Below, piece by piece: positions 1 through 9,208 of a DNA stretch of 28,951 bases. The notes under the pieces were generated by a model that saw nothing but the letters and a program-made list of their open reading frames with translations, did no database searches and was not told the DNA's origin. The DNA lies in the IMG/VR virus record IMGVR_UViG_3300017589_000270, positions 1 through 28,951 of that record; one strand, given 5' to 3'. The DNA is from a virus. Taxonomy: Duplodnaviria; Caudoviricetes. Both the position numbers and the translations under genes were made by a program. Every line of letters starts with the position of its first letter. Within the stretch, counting starts at the first letter, position 1.

Positions 1-3000
1 ATACACGTTGACAGTTTGATTATAGCTTTTTGCACTGCTATTGTTGTTACCACCACCAACTAAAGTGTTTCTGCTTTCACCTGAAAGAGGTTTTATAATT
101 GCCCTACCATTTATCATTGTGATTAGTTCGGGGCCAGCCTCAGCAACAATACCTTGACCATTTGACAAAACACCACCATTTGCGAACATTGGCAAGTTTG
201 CTCCTGCTTGGTTGTAAGCTTCATCACCATACATCGCCCTAAACAAGTCACCACCCATATTTTGCATTGTGCTGTTCAAGCCATTCATTGCCTGAGTTGC
301 TATGCTTGTCAAATCGCCTACCATTCCACTCATGCCGTTTTTGATTGTATTGCGCATTGATGCCGTTGCAGTTTGAACACTTGATAAATGATTAGAAATA
401 CCCAAGCCAACACCCTCTGGAATTTTAGGGGCTAGAGTTGCCATATCATCAATTGTGCCTCTGATTGCTATGCCTGTTCTTATTCTGAATTGCTCTGATG
501 ATTCGCCTGCTCGTTGATGTGTTTCGTCATAAATTTGTGCAAATGTTTTAGATTTTTGGTCTATGTAATCAAGTGTTTTATCAAAATCTTGTTTTGTTTC
601 ATTAAGAATTTTTTCAGCTTCAGTTATTTCTTTTTGAGCGCCTTTCATTGTTTTTTTAAGTTTGCCAATTTTAGCACCAACACTATCTGCTTGACTGAAT
701 TTTTCCCTAGAATCTATCTGATTATTTGCAACGATTGTTTGATATTCTTTTTCTAGCTCTGTAAGTTTAGCTTGATTTTGTGCTTTGTTTTCAAGAAGCT
801 TGTTTAAATCCATTTCTTTTTCTACTTGTAGTTTTGCTAGTTCTGCTACTCGTTCTTCGGCAGCTTTGACAAGTGCTAGTTTTTTATGTTCTTCAATAAG
901 CAACCCAACTGCATCACGTTGTTTATTAAGTAATCCTGTTTCTTCATCAAAAAGCAAGTTAAGGTCAGGCATTAAACCGTTGAGTTGTTCTACTAACCCT
1001 TTCATTATTGCTTTTTCGGAATTAGTTTTATTTTCTTTCTCACTTAAATCAAATAGTTTATCGGCTAAAAGTTCACTAGCACCTGCACTTGCAAGAATAT
1101 CATCACCTTGTTTTTCATAGCTTTCTGCACTATCTTTTATAGCCTGTGTTGTTTCTTCGCTTTTTTTGATTAGCTTATCTGTGCTATCGCAAAAATCGTC
1201 AGTTGTAGTTCTTGCTTGACCTGTTGTTTCGTGATAGACAACTATCGCACCTATAAGGAAACCTAGAGCAGTAAGAACTGCCGCAATAGGATGAGTCGAT
1301 ATAGCTATCCACAATAACTTTACTGCACTTATGAGTGCTGATATTCCTGTTGACATTTTCCCAATCATAATGAGAAGTGGAGAAAGTCCTGCTACTAGCA
1401 ATAAAATAGTTACTATTGTTTTCTTTTGCTTGTCTGACATATTACTAAATTTTTGAGTAAGCTTTTTAATCGCATCCGAAATCTTTTCAAAAATTGGTGC
1501 AAGCACTTCCATCAATGATTTTCCTAATTCAATACCTGCATTTTTAAGCTTGTTGATATCCTCTTTGAACTCTTGAGATGTTGTCTGCATTTTTTTAAAA
1601 GCTTCATCGGTTGCACCTGTTGAATTAAGCATATCTTCTACGCTCGAATTAAATTCATCAGCGCCATCGCCTAATAATAGTAACGCTGCTTTTCCAGCTT
1701 CCGAACTTCCAAACATATCAGCAAGAGATTTTCCTGAGTTTGTAGCCTCTTCTTCTAAAATTGCTAAAATTTCACTCAAAGATTTTCCGCTCGCAATAAG
1801 TTCTTCAAAGTTTTTACCATCATTTGAGCCAGCTTTGGCAATTGCTAATTTCTTTTCATTTGTCGCTTTAAAAGAATTTAAATCTATTGAGTTAGTCTCT
1901 CTTATATTTTCAAGTGCTACTGCTTTTTGCTCTTCAAAACTTTCTTTTACAAGCTGTTGCTTTTCAGATAATATTTCTTTTTCAAGTTCTATTTCTTTAT
2001 TTGCTGCTTGCTTTTTCTCTTCAAATAATGTTTTTAAAGCCTCTTTTTTAGCAGTCATTGTCTCGTTAATAGTCTCTTTTTCAGATTTTAATGATTCAAT
2101 TTGCGATTTCCTTTCAGCAACTACATTCTCTACTCGCAATTGTTCCAGAAAATTGGCAAGGTCTTTTTCATTAACTATCTTCTCTTCAACAGTTTTTGAT
2201 GCCAATACTTTTGATTGCAACTCGCTAAGTTTATCAGCATTAGCCTTTTCTTTGCTGGCTTTTTCTTCGGCTTCTGTCAGTCCATCAAGCTTGTCTATTT
2301 GGTTATCAATAGCTTTCAACTGATTATATTTTTCTTCGTCGAGTAACTTTAGTTTTGCTAAATATTCATTGTCTATAATTGCTATTTTTTCTTCACTGGC
2401 TTTCTGAAATGCCTTATTTTCAGCTTCCAAACTTTTCTCTAGTATTTTACTTTGCTTATCATAAGACTTTTCAGTTGCTTTAGTTCTATTATCAAGACTT
2501 TTTGAGTAAGAAGATTCTTGATTTGTAAGGCTAGATTTTAAAGAACTAAGTTGTTCGTCCGTCAATGCCTTTGTTGTAGCTGTTGCGTTTTTGAGTGTAG
2601 TATTTGCCAAAGTTCCACTTTTACCTAATTCATTAATCATTGAATTGACATACGTTGTTGCTTCAGCTGCCTTAATACCTTTTGATGTCATTATAGCAAA
2701 ACTTGCGCCTAGTTGTTCAAGCCCTACTCCATAAGCCTTTGCTGTAGGAATAGCTTTACCCATATTTTCAGATAATTCTCCAACAGTTACCTTACCTTTA
2801 TTTTGTACCTGTATCAACATATCAGATACATTTCCAACTTCATCCGCTTCAAGTCCGTAAGAATTCATTACTGTAGTTAGGATATCTAGTGCCTGTGAAC
2901 TATCCGCAAATCCAGCCTTTGCTAACTTAGTTGAACTAGCCACAAAATTAACTGCTTCTGCTGTGTCTTGACCTGCTGATATTGCATTGTAAATATCCTC

Positions 3001-3285
3001 AGCTATCAATGTTGAACTTATGCCTGTTTGATTTGATAAATCCAATATTGATTTTTCTAAATCTGCCAGTGGCACTTTTGTTGTATCAGCTATTGTTGAT
3101 ACTTTAGCCATTGCATCTTCAAAATCAATAGCCATTTTTGCTGAAGCTATTCCTACTACACCAGCTGCAACAGATAAAGGGGCAAGTTTCTTACCTGCTT
3201 TTTCTGCGCCTGCTCCGAATTTATCTAAACCAGTTGTAACGTCTGTTTGCTTTGCCGAGTTCCTTAGTCTGCTGTTCAAGTCCTT
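1..3285 (-). CDS. Tape measure protein, main (C-terminal) reading frame; runs off left edge; missing from ORF track
   Basis: Read by hand: frame has no stop from 3285 to 1. Contains AGKKLAPLSVAAG..MAIDFEDAMAKVSTIAD, QNKGKVTVGELS, ADMFGSSEAGKAAL and C-terminal LPMFANGGVL..IVAEAGPEL motifs typical of TP901-like TMPs. Confidence 0.92.
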
Positions 3286-3619
3286 TTAATTTGTTTCCCG
3301 TAAAACCTATTTCACGTTGCAATTTACGATACTGTTCTTCATTGACTTCTGTTCCATTTGACATATCTTTATCGGCTTTAACTTTGGCATCTTTCAATGC
3401 TTTAAGTTTAGTCTTAGTTTCTTCCATTGCTTTAGCTAATAACAATTGTTTCTGTGTTACCAACTCGGTGTCCTTTGGATTTAACTTCAGTAATCGGTTA
3501 ACCGATTTTAACTCTTCTTGCGTTTTTTTGGTGCTTGCATCAAGTGCTTTAAGTGCTTTCTGAAAACCTGTTGTTTCTCCGCCAATCTCTATTTTTATAC
3601 CTTTAATATTACTAGCCAT
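3221..3619 (-). CDS. Tape measure protein N-terminal segment, separated from the rest by a +1 frameshift near 3245-3250
   Basis: ATG at 3619 after AGGAGG; MASNIKGIKIEIGGETT..LLKLNPKDTELVTQKQ is a typical TMP N-terminus; stops prematurely at 3221. Confidence 0.88.
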   Translation of the reverse strand: MASNIKGIKIEIGGETTGFQKALKALDASTKKTQEELKSVNRLLKLNPKDTELVTQKQLLLAKAMEETKTKLKALKDAKVKADKDMSNGTEVNEEQYRKLQREIGFTGNKLKGLEQQTKELGKANRRYNWFR

Positions 3620-3905
3620 TATTTTTTTCCTCCTTTTCCTTTTTTTTAAAGTGTTTACGAAGACTTTCAACATCACTTTCAGTTTGTTCTAATCTCCAGC
3701 ACTTGTTAAGATACTCTACACCACTTTCTGATTGCGAATATTGATAAATAAACGCATCATGCATCAAATAATAAAAATCATATACTTCAAGTTCTAAAAC
3801 TTCAAATAATGAGATGCCACTATATTTCGATACGGTTTTTTCTTCAAGCGTATTTACGGAATAATGCCCCTCATTGCCTTTGTCATCAAAGCTGGGGCAG
3901 TTTAG
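3612..3905 (-). CDS. Tail assembly chaperone -1 frameshift extension (lambda gpT-like part)
   Basis: Open -1 frame with no start/RBS at its 5' end: LNCPSFDDKGNEGHYSVNTLEEKTVSKYSGISLFEVLELEVYDFYYLMHDAFIYQYSQSESGVEYLNKCWRLEQTE..., ends TAG overlapping the TMP start. Confidence 0.8.
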   Translation of the reverse strand, partial: LNCPSFDDKGNEGHYSVNTLEEKTVSKYSGISLFEVLELEVYDFYYLMHDAFIYQYSQSESGVEYLNKCWRLEQTESDVESLRKHFKKKEKEEKNNG

Positions 3906-3911
3906 TTTGGG
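3865..3911 (-). promoter_or_regulatory. Programmed -1 ribosomal frameshift signal: C CCA AAC heptamer plus downstream stem-loop
   Basis: X XXY YYZ heptamer at 3911-3905 directly before the TAA; downstream TGCCCC..CTTTG-ATGA-CAAAG..GGGGCA hairpin. Confidence 0.8.
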
Positions 3912-4192
3912 TTTGCTGTTTTTTCGTTTGCTATCCAGTTAAAATATTCGTAAAGCAAAGTTTTAAGTTGGTCAATATTTATTTCTCCGATAACCTCATC
4001 ACTTATTTTTATTTTCTTTCTGTTTTTGTTGAGTATTACAGAAGCAATATCAATCATATCTTCGCCTTCTTCATTTTTTGATAACTTCTGAAATTTTCGC
4101 ATTGTTTTAAGTTTACATGGTTCTATTTCTAAAACACTCTCACCAACCTTCACTTCAAAATATCTACCGTTTATAAGATTTAAATCTAACAT
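3902..4192 (-). CDS. Tail assembly chaperone (lambda gpG-like)
   Basis: Between major tail and TMP genes; ATG 4192 with AAGGAGG; ends on slippery heptamer. Confidence 0.8.
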   Translation of the reverse strand: MLDLNLINGRYFEVKVGESVLEIEPCKLKTMRKFQKLSKNEEGEDMIDIASVILNKNRKKIKISDEVIGEINIDQLKTLLYEYFNWIANEKTANPN

Positions 4193-4208
4193 ATAATTAT
4201 CCTCCTTC

Positions 4209-4240
4209 AAAAAATAAAAGGGGCATTAAGCCCCTCTTTT
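4209..4240 (-). terminator. Rho-independent terminator after major tail gene
   Basis: AGGGGC-TTAAT-GCCCCT hairpin followed by TTTATTTTTT on - strand. Confidence 0.75.
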
Positions 4241-4263
4241 TATACTATCTTTATACTATCTTT

Positions 4264-4785
4264 TTACTCTGTTACTTCGTCGTATATGATTAGTGTTCCT
4301 TCGCCGTCACAAGACAATGCTTTAAACTCTACATCTATAACCGTCTCTTTGTCCTTTGTAAATGCAAGTGTAAATCCTGCTTGGTTTTTACCAACTATTG
4401 TAACACTTCTTTTACCGCTGATATGTACAAAACGAATTGCATATTGTTTTCCGTTATCGTTTGCAATACCACCAAACTTAGTTCTGCGTGTTTTCAAAAT
4501 TGTATCTTCTGTTACTCTCGCCGTAGCACACAGTTTTGCTAGTGTGTTGCCTGTGAAAGTGCAAACACCACTTTTAAGAGTTGCGTCTTCTGCGGTTAGA
4601 TACTGGTCTGATATTAAACCCAAGTCATCTTTAGGCTCATAAAATGTTGGTTTATATTCAATAGAACAACCACCGCTGATATAACCTAGTTTATTATCGT
4701 CAACCTCGAATATTTCGCCTGCTGGAATAGTGCCTGTAAATTCTGTTACATATAAGTAACCGCTGCCTAAAATCATTTCTTCCAT
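4264..4785 (-). CDS. Major tail (tube) protein
   Basis: 173 aa, ILGSGYLY..LGYISGGCSIEYKP..GFTLAFTKDKETVIDVEFKA; strong RBS; position before chaperone/TMP. Confidence 0.85.
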   Translation of the reverse strand: MEEMILGSGYLYVTEFTGTIPAGEIFEVDDNKLGYISGGCSIEYKPTFYEPKDDLGLISDQYLTAEDATLKSGVCTFTGNTLAKLCATARVTEDTILKTRRTKFGGIANDNGKQYAIRFVHISGKRSVTIVGKNQAGFTLAFTKDKETVIDVEFKALSCDGEGTLIIYDEVTE

Positions 4786-4797
4786 TGTGTTTTCCTC

Positions 4798-5121
4798 CTA
4801 AATTGTTTTAAAAAAATGCACTGAATAAACCGTTTGATACAATTTTTCAGTGTCAATGTATGATGTGTTTTTGCTGAATTTTATGTTATTGTCAATCAAT
4901 AGCTTTTCAACTTTACCCTCTGCAATTAAGTCTTTTTTATCGGTATAAAGTTCAATATTGTAACTGACATCTTGCAATAAGACTTTTAAATCTGCACCTG
5001 TGAACTCTGCCTCTGTTTCGATATAACAGATAGATGGGATTGATAGTTCTGTGCAAAAGTGACTATATGCAACTGGGTAAGTTGTTGTTTTAAGCAATGC
5101 GTTTAATTCTTGTAACGTCAT
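4798..5121 (-). CDS. Tail completion/terminator protein
   Basis: YPVAYSHF..IELYTDKKD..YIDTEKLYQTVY pattern; position in neck cluster. Confidence 0.7.
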   Translation of the reverse strand: MTLQELNALLKTTTYPVAYSHFCTELSIPSICYIETEAEFTGADLKVLLQDVSYNIELYTDKKDLIAEGKVEKLLIDNNIKFSKNTSYIDTEKLYQTVYSVHFFKTI

Positions 5122-5492
5122 TTGAACCTTACCCCCTCTGATATTATTGAAATAACCATATCGTCAAAATTATCTACTGCAATTCTTTCATTATTTGCAA
5201 TATGTTTTTTGCCTGATATGCGTTTGCCATTCCGACTAGTGTAGCCATTTTCTAACAAATGCGTTAACCACCCATATTTTTTGTTATACACAACCCTTGA
5301 ATGTTTGAGTTTTTTTCGTGTCCACCCTTTTTTGTAATTTCCTTTATCAGTTGGACTATCTGCTTTGATATCTTCAACTAATTGTTTAGTTACCATATCG
5401 GCTGCCTTGTCGGTGCTTTCTTGTATTTCTTCGCAATAGCTGTCTAGTTCCCTTGTGATTTCGTTTGAAAGTTCATCGATATCAATTGTCAT
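5118..5492 (-). CDS. HK97 gp10-family neck/tail component
   Basis: SPTDKGNYKKGW..LTHLLENGY..GKKHI motif. Confidence 0.8.
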   Translation of the reverse strand: MTIDIDELSNEITRELDSYCEEIQESTDKAADMVTKQLVEDIKADSPTDKGNYKKGWTRKKLKHSRVVYNKKYGWLTHLLENGYTSRNGKRISGKKHIANNERIAVDNFDDMVISIISEGVRFK

Positions 5493-5791
5493 CTCACACC
5501 AGCTTTCTCGGTTAAATATAATTCAATCGTATCTACATTCTTAACAAATGTACGATATACTGAATAATCTTTATCACCATATTCAACGATAATTTCATTT
5601 GAATAATCGTGTCTGCACATTGTTAGTTTAAATGTTGCTTTTATACCTTGCACACTTGCTGAGAAGAACTCTGATTGATATACAGAACTAACTGATACAA
5701 ATACCTCTTTGTTTGTTTCTGACGACATTGGATTCCCAATCTCATCATAAATAATTGTGATATCTTTTAATATTGCAATATCATCGAACAT
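5489..5791 (-). CDS. Head closure / head-tail adaptor (SPP1 gp16-like)
   Basis: YDEIGNP..VFVSVSSVYQSEFFSA..YSVYRTF..IELYL. Confidence 0.8.
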   Translation of the reverse strand: MFDDIAILKDITIIYDEIGNPMSSETNKEVFVSVSSVYQSEFFSASVQGIKATFKLTMCRHDYSNEIIVEYGDKDYSVYRTFVKNVDTIELYLTEKAGVR

Positions 5792-6064
5792 TTAAATCAC
5801 CTGCACTTTATAATCACCAGCTAATGCTAATGAGTTTTTAAGCATCTCATATGATTTCAAAAACTTTTCGCTGTCTGCGTTATATCCAAAATTACCTTTT
5901 ACATATAGAATAACTGCCCTCGTAATTAGAGGGTCAGTGTCTTCTATAATATCAACACCTGCAAGCCGTAAATCAAACTTGCAAGCATCAATAAGTGGGA
6001 TAATTTCAAATTCGTCAAACGCAGTTGTTTTTTGTCTTAATGCTGTTTTAACTTTGTTTAACAT
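5792..6064 (-). CDS. Head-tail connector (HK97 gp6 / SPP1 gp15-like)
   Basis: MLNKVKTALR..LIDACKFDLRLAGV..DPLITRAVILYVKGNFG; directly after capsid. Confidence 0.8.
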   Translation of the reverse strand: MLNKVKTALRQKTTAFDEFEIIPLIDACKFDLRLAGVDIIEDTDPLITRAVILYVKGNFGYNADSEKFLKSYEMLKNSLALAGDYKVQVI

Positions 6065-6085
6065 TTAATCACCTTCTAATTTAAA

Positions 6086-7282
6086 CTATGCTTTTTTAGC
6101 GATTGTTACAAGTGAACCATTATCTACAACTTTGCCATCAGCAAGCATAATAGCTTTTGTAATCATGTCATCAGTGTCATTATCCTCATATGCTTTAATA
6201 GTCATATTATAATTAGTGTTTATTACGTAATCTTTGAAATTAAACAAAAATGCAAATACTTTACCTACGGTTAGTGTTGTTGTGAATGTGTCAAGATAGT
6301 TACATAGAACAACTGGGCGACCTAAAAGTGTTCTTTCAAGTTTTCCGTCAATTCCAAAATTCACTCTTGCAATTGGTTGTTTGTTTGTATCTGCGATAGA
6401 TTGATATGCCATGAAAGTCTTTTTAGTCATAACATACACTGCATCAGTTTCATATTCAAGAGGGAGTGCAGCTTCAGCATCTATTAGCAATTGATAGTCA
6501 ACTGTACTTGCTGTTAGTGCTTGTCCTACAACTGCTGTCTCTGTTAGAATACCCTTAGGTTGTCCCACACCTGAACCACTAATGATTGCTTGTTCTAGTG
6601 CTTTAGTCATTGCATCAGCAACATTCTTAATAAATGTAGCCTCAAAAACTGGTAGCGCAACAGTGTCAACATCTAGTGATACAGATACTGCACATCTCAA
6701 TTTATAGCTACCAAATATGATTGATGCAGTTGTTTTCTTTTGCTTATCAGAAGTTGCACCTTCTGAAACCCAAGTAGCAATTGGTTTAACACTTGATGTT
6801 GGAATTGCTAGTCCACCCTTGTAAGATGTTTGAGTTACAAGAGGAAGAATCATACCTACTGCTTCAATTTTTTCTATAATCTTTTCTAAAATTGTTGTTG
6901 GAATTACTGAACCTACATCAGTAGTTTTTGTATTTGCATCTGCATTCATAAATTTAGATGGAATATCTCTATTGGCAAGTACGTTGTTCATAAAAGCTTT
7001 GCGATACTCAACCGTTGCGAACATATCCTCTGTGTCTGTAATAGCGTTGTTAAAATTATTCATTGTGCTGTTTCCTCCTGTAATATTTGTAATATTGGTA
7101 TTTTTCTTATTGTCTTGTAGTGCTTTCAAATTTGCTTGAGCTTTACAACTTGATTCATATGTATTGTCAAGCGTTTCAACCTCCGCCATTTTTGCATTTG
7201 CTTCGTCAATTTTGCCTTCTGCGATTAGTGTATTTGCCATTTCGATAAGACCATTGCGGTCATTTAGATATTTTTCTTTCAT
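6086..7282 (-). CDS. HK97-fold major capsid protein with N-terminal delta (scaffold) domain
   Basis: Coiled-coil N-terminus, EYRKAF, GSVIPTTI, ATWVSEG, GSGVGQPKGIL, TLLGRPVV. Confidence 0.95.
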   Translation of the reverse strand: MKEKYLNDRNGLIEMANTLIAEGKIDEANAKMAEVETLDNTYESSCKAQANLKALQDNKKNTNITNITGGNSTMNNFNNAITDTEDMFATVEYRKAFMNNVLANRDIPSKFMNADANTKTTDVGSVIPTTILEKIIEKIEAVGMILPLVTQTSYKGGLAIPTSSVKPIATWVSEGATSDKQKKTTASIIFGSYKLRCAVSVSLDVDTVALPVFEATFIKNVADAMTKALEQAIISGSGVGQPKGILTETAVVGQALTASTVDYQLLIDAEAALPLEYETDAVYVMTKKTFMAYQSIADTNKQPIARVNFGIDGKLERTLLGRPVVLCNYLDTFTTTLTVGKVFAFLFNFKDYVINTNYNMTIKAYEDNDTDDMITKAIMLADGKVVDNGSLVTIAKKA

Positions 7283-7977
7283 TATTTGATTTCTCCTTTT
7301 AATTTAAGTAGGTTTAATTTCGATTGAGCCGTCTTTTGCACAAAAATATCCGCATCACTCAATTCAGAGTTTTGCGAATTATTAATTATGTTTTTAGCTT
7401 TTTCTACAACTGACGGCGGTAACATTTGATTATCATATGATGCAACTAATTTTAAATTATTGACTTCTGCAATTTTATCAATTAGCCCTTTTTCGACTGC
7501 TTCACTAGCTGTTAACCATGTTTCATTTTCCATCATAGTCAACGCTTCGTTTTCAGTCATCCCAGTTTTTGCAACATAAGCAGATGCAATTGATTTGTTA
7601 GCTTTTTTTAATATATCTGATTGCTTGTCCATGTCGTTATAGTCACCACGTGCTACGCTAGATACGTTATGTACCATCACCATAGCAGTAGATGCTATGT
7701 CACTTTTACTTGCACACATAATGACACTCGCTGCACTTGCTGCTATACCGACAACGTGCATTCTTACATCACCTTTGTATGTGCTTATGATGCTGTAAAT
7801 TTCACTTCCTGCAAAGATATCACCTCCGCCACTGTTAATATAAATGTCTATACTTTGACCATTTGCAAGGTCAAGTATTTTTTGTACGTCCCTAGGGCAG
7901 GTGCTATCCATATCATAATAATCATATATATATTTTTCATCATTTGATATAATCGCACCCTTAATGTCGATTTTCAT
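7282..7977 (-). CDS. ClpP-like prohead maturation protease
   Basis: INSGGGDIFAG, GIAASAASVI (catalytic Ser), MVHN (His), ETWLTASEAVEKGLID. Confidence 0.95.
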   Translation of the reverse strand: MKIDIKGAIISNDEKYIYDYYDMDSTCPRDVQKILDLANGQSIDIYINSGGGDIFAGSEIYSIISTYKGDVRMHVVGIAASAASVIMCASKSDIASTAMVMVHNVSSVARGDYNDMDKQSDILKKANKSIASAYVAKTGMTENEALTMMENETWLTASEAVEKGLIDKIAEVNNLKLVASYDNQMLPPSVVEKAKNIINNSQNSELSDADIFVQKTAQSKLNLLKLKGEIK

Positions 7978-9155
7978 TAATTTTCACCCCCTTTCACATC
8001 TTTAATTACAGCAGTGTCTAACCGTCTAATAACAGCATTACCGCCCTCAATTGGTGTAAGGTTTAATATTGCTCTAACTTCATTTGGAGTCATCATACCC
8101 CTGTCTATGAACTGTACGAGGGCTAACTTAGTGTTCATACTCGCATATTGTAGATTGCTAGATTCAAACATAATTGAATTACCACAACCACGCTCTCGCC
8201 TTGTAAATATCTTGCGTGTATACTCTCCACTTAATTGTATTGCTAAAGGTTCAACCTCTGCTTCATAGTAAGTTATCCATTCATCCTCTGTATATTTTGA
8301 TTGTATAATTTTATCATTCGTATTGAAGAATGAATAAATACGCTGTGTGGTTCTATCCATTTGTAAAGCATTAGGCACATAATCCTTAGGCTCAACTCTG
8401 ATAGCTTCAGCTTTACTATCTATTGCAGCAACACCAACGCTCGAACTATTAATACTTAGATAGTTTGTAGCAAAATCTGCTGCATGTTTAGACAAATCCT
8501 CTGGTCGCAATGCGCTAGCAAACTTTAATAACCATTGAATTACTCCACTATTTTTAATAGCTTTAACTATGCCTTGGTCTGTAACATTGATTATTTCCAT
8601 CAGAGGAAGTAAAGCATTTGCTGGACTCTCACCAAAAATATCATTATCATTAAAGTCTTGTCTCAAGTGAATAATGTCACTATAGATAAATGTTGATTGC
8701 TTTCCATTAGCAAAATAAAACTTCAAATACAATTCATGTTGTGCATTATATATTGCTTCACAATTAACACAAGGGATAGGGTATATTTCATATGGATAAC
8801 CAAACTCATCACGAATAATTAATGCGAATGCATTATTATTTAAACATAATTGATTAGCTAATTTTTCTTGCATTATTTGTCCTGTCATATATGGGTTAGG
8901 TTCTTCTAACAAAAATCTCAAATAAACCTCAGGATTAACCTGAATATCTTTTGTGTTATCCTTTATAGTTTCTCTGATATGCTTTCCAACCAACTTACCA
9001 ATTGCCTTTACCTTTGGACGAATACAAGCCCTTACAATGTCAGATTGATATAACTTACCGTTCCATGCATAAAAGGCATTGCCTCGCTCTGTCACCATAT
9101 TAAAACGTGTTTGTATTTGACTTATTGTCTCATTATTCTTTTTAAATAGTCCTAT
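7977..9155 (-). CDS. HK97-family portal protein (probable ATA start at 9155; GTG at 9164/9167 are alternatives)
   Basis: EEPNPYMT, NNNAFA, IIHLRQDF..GESP, GMMTPNEVRAILNLTPIEGG. Confidence 0.93.
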   Translation of the reverse strand: MGLFKKNNETISQIQTRFNMVTERGNAFYAWNGKLYQSDIVRACIRPKVKAIGKLVGKHIRETIKDNTKDIQVNPEVYLRFLLEEPNPYMTGQIMQEKLANQLCLNNNAFALIIRDEFGYPYEIYPIPCVNCEAIYNAQHELYLKFYFANGKQSTFIYSDIIHLRQDFNDNDIFGESPANALLPLMEIINVTDQGIVKAIKNSGVIQWLLKFASALRPEDLSKHAADFATNYLSINSSSVGVAAIDSKAEAIRVEPKDYVPNALQMDRTTQRIYSFFNTNDKIIQSKYTEDEWITYYEAEVEPLAIQLSGEYTRKIFTRRERGCGNSIMFESSNLQYASMNTKLALVQFIDRGMMTPNEVRAILNLTPIEGGNAVIRRLDTAVIKDVKGGEN

Positions 9156-9208
9156 TTTTCTCACCACCTTTCAAATGGGTTTCCGATAATCAAAAACCCT
9201 TTTTCAAA

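Noticed and set aside
4239-4263. Tandem TTATACTATCT duplication; also the 12-bp CEDL-CEDL duplication at ~21617-21641
   Set aside because: Two-copy slippage duplications without evident function
514-4642. + strand ORFs of 80-162 aa (514, 785, 1835, 3252, 3809, 4286)
   Set aside because: Ser/Phe/Leu-rich antisense shadows of the TMP and tail genes; no RBS. The same applies to + ORFs at 7621, 8014, 11238, 12506, 13996, 14139, 15447, 16864, 17823, 18446, 19298, 19428, 20738, 22371, 28179, the out-of-frame 25942, and - ORFs at 17640, 23815, 25604, 26272, 27398
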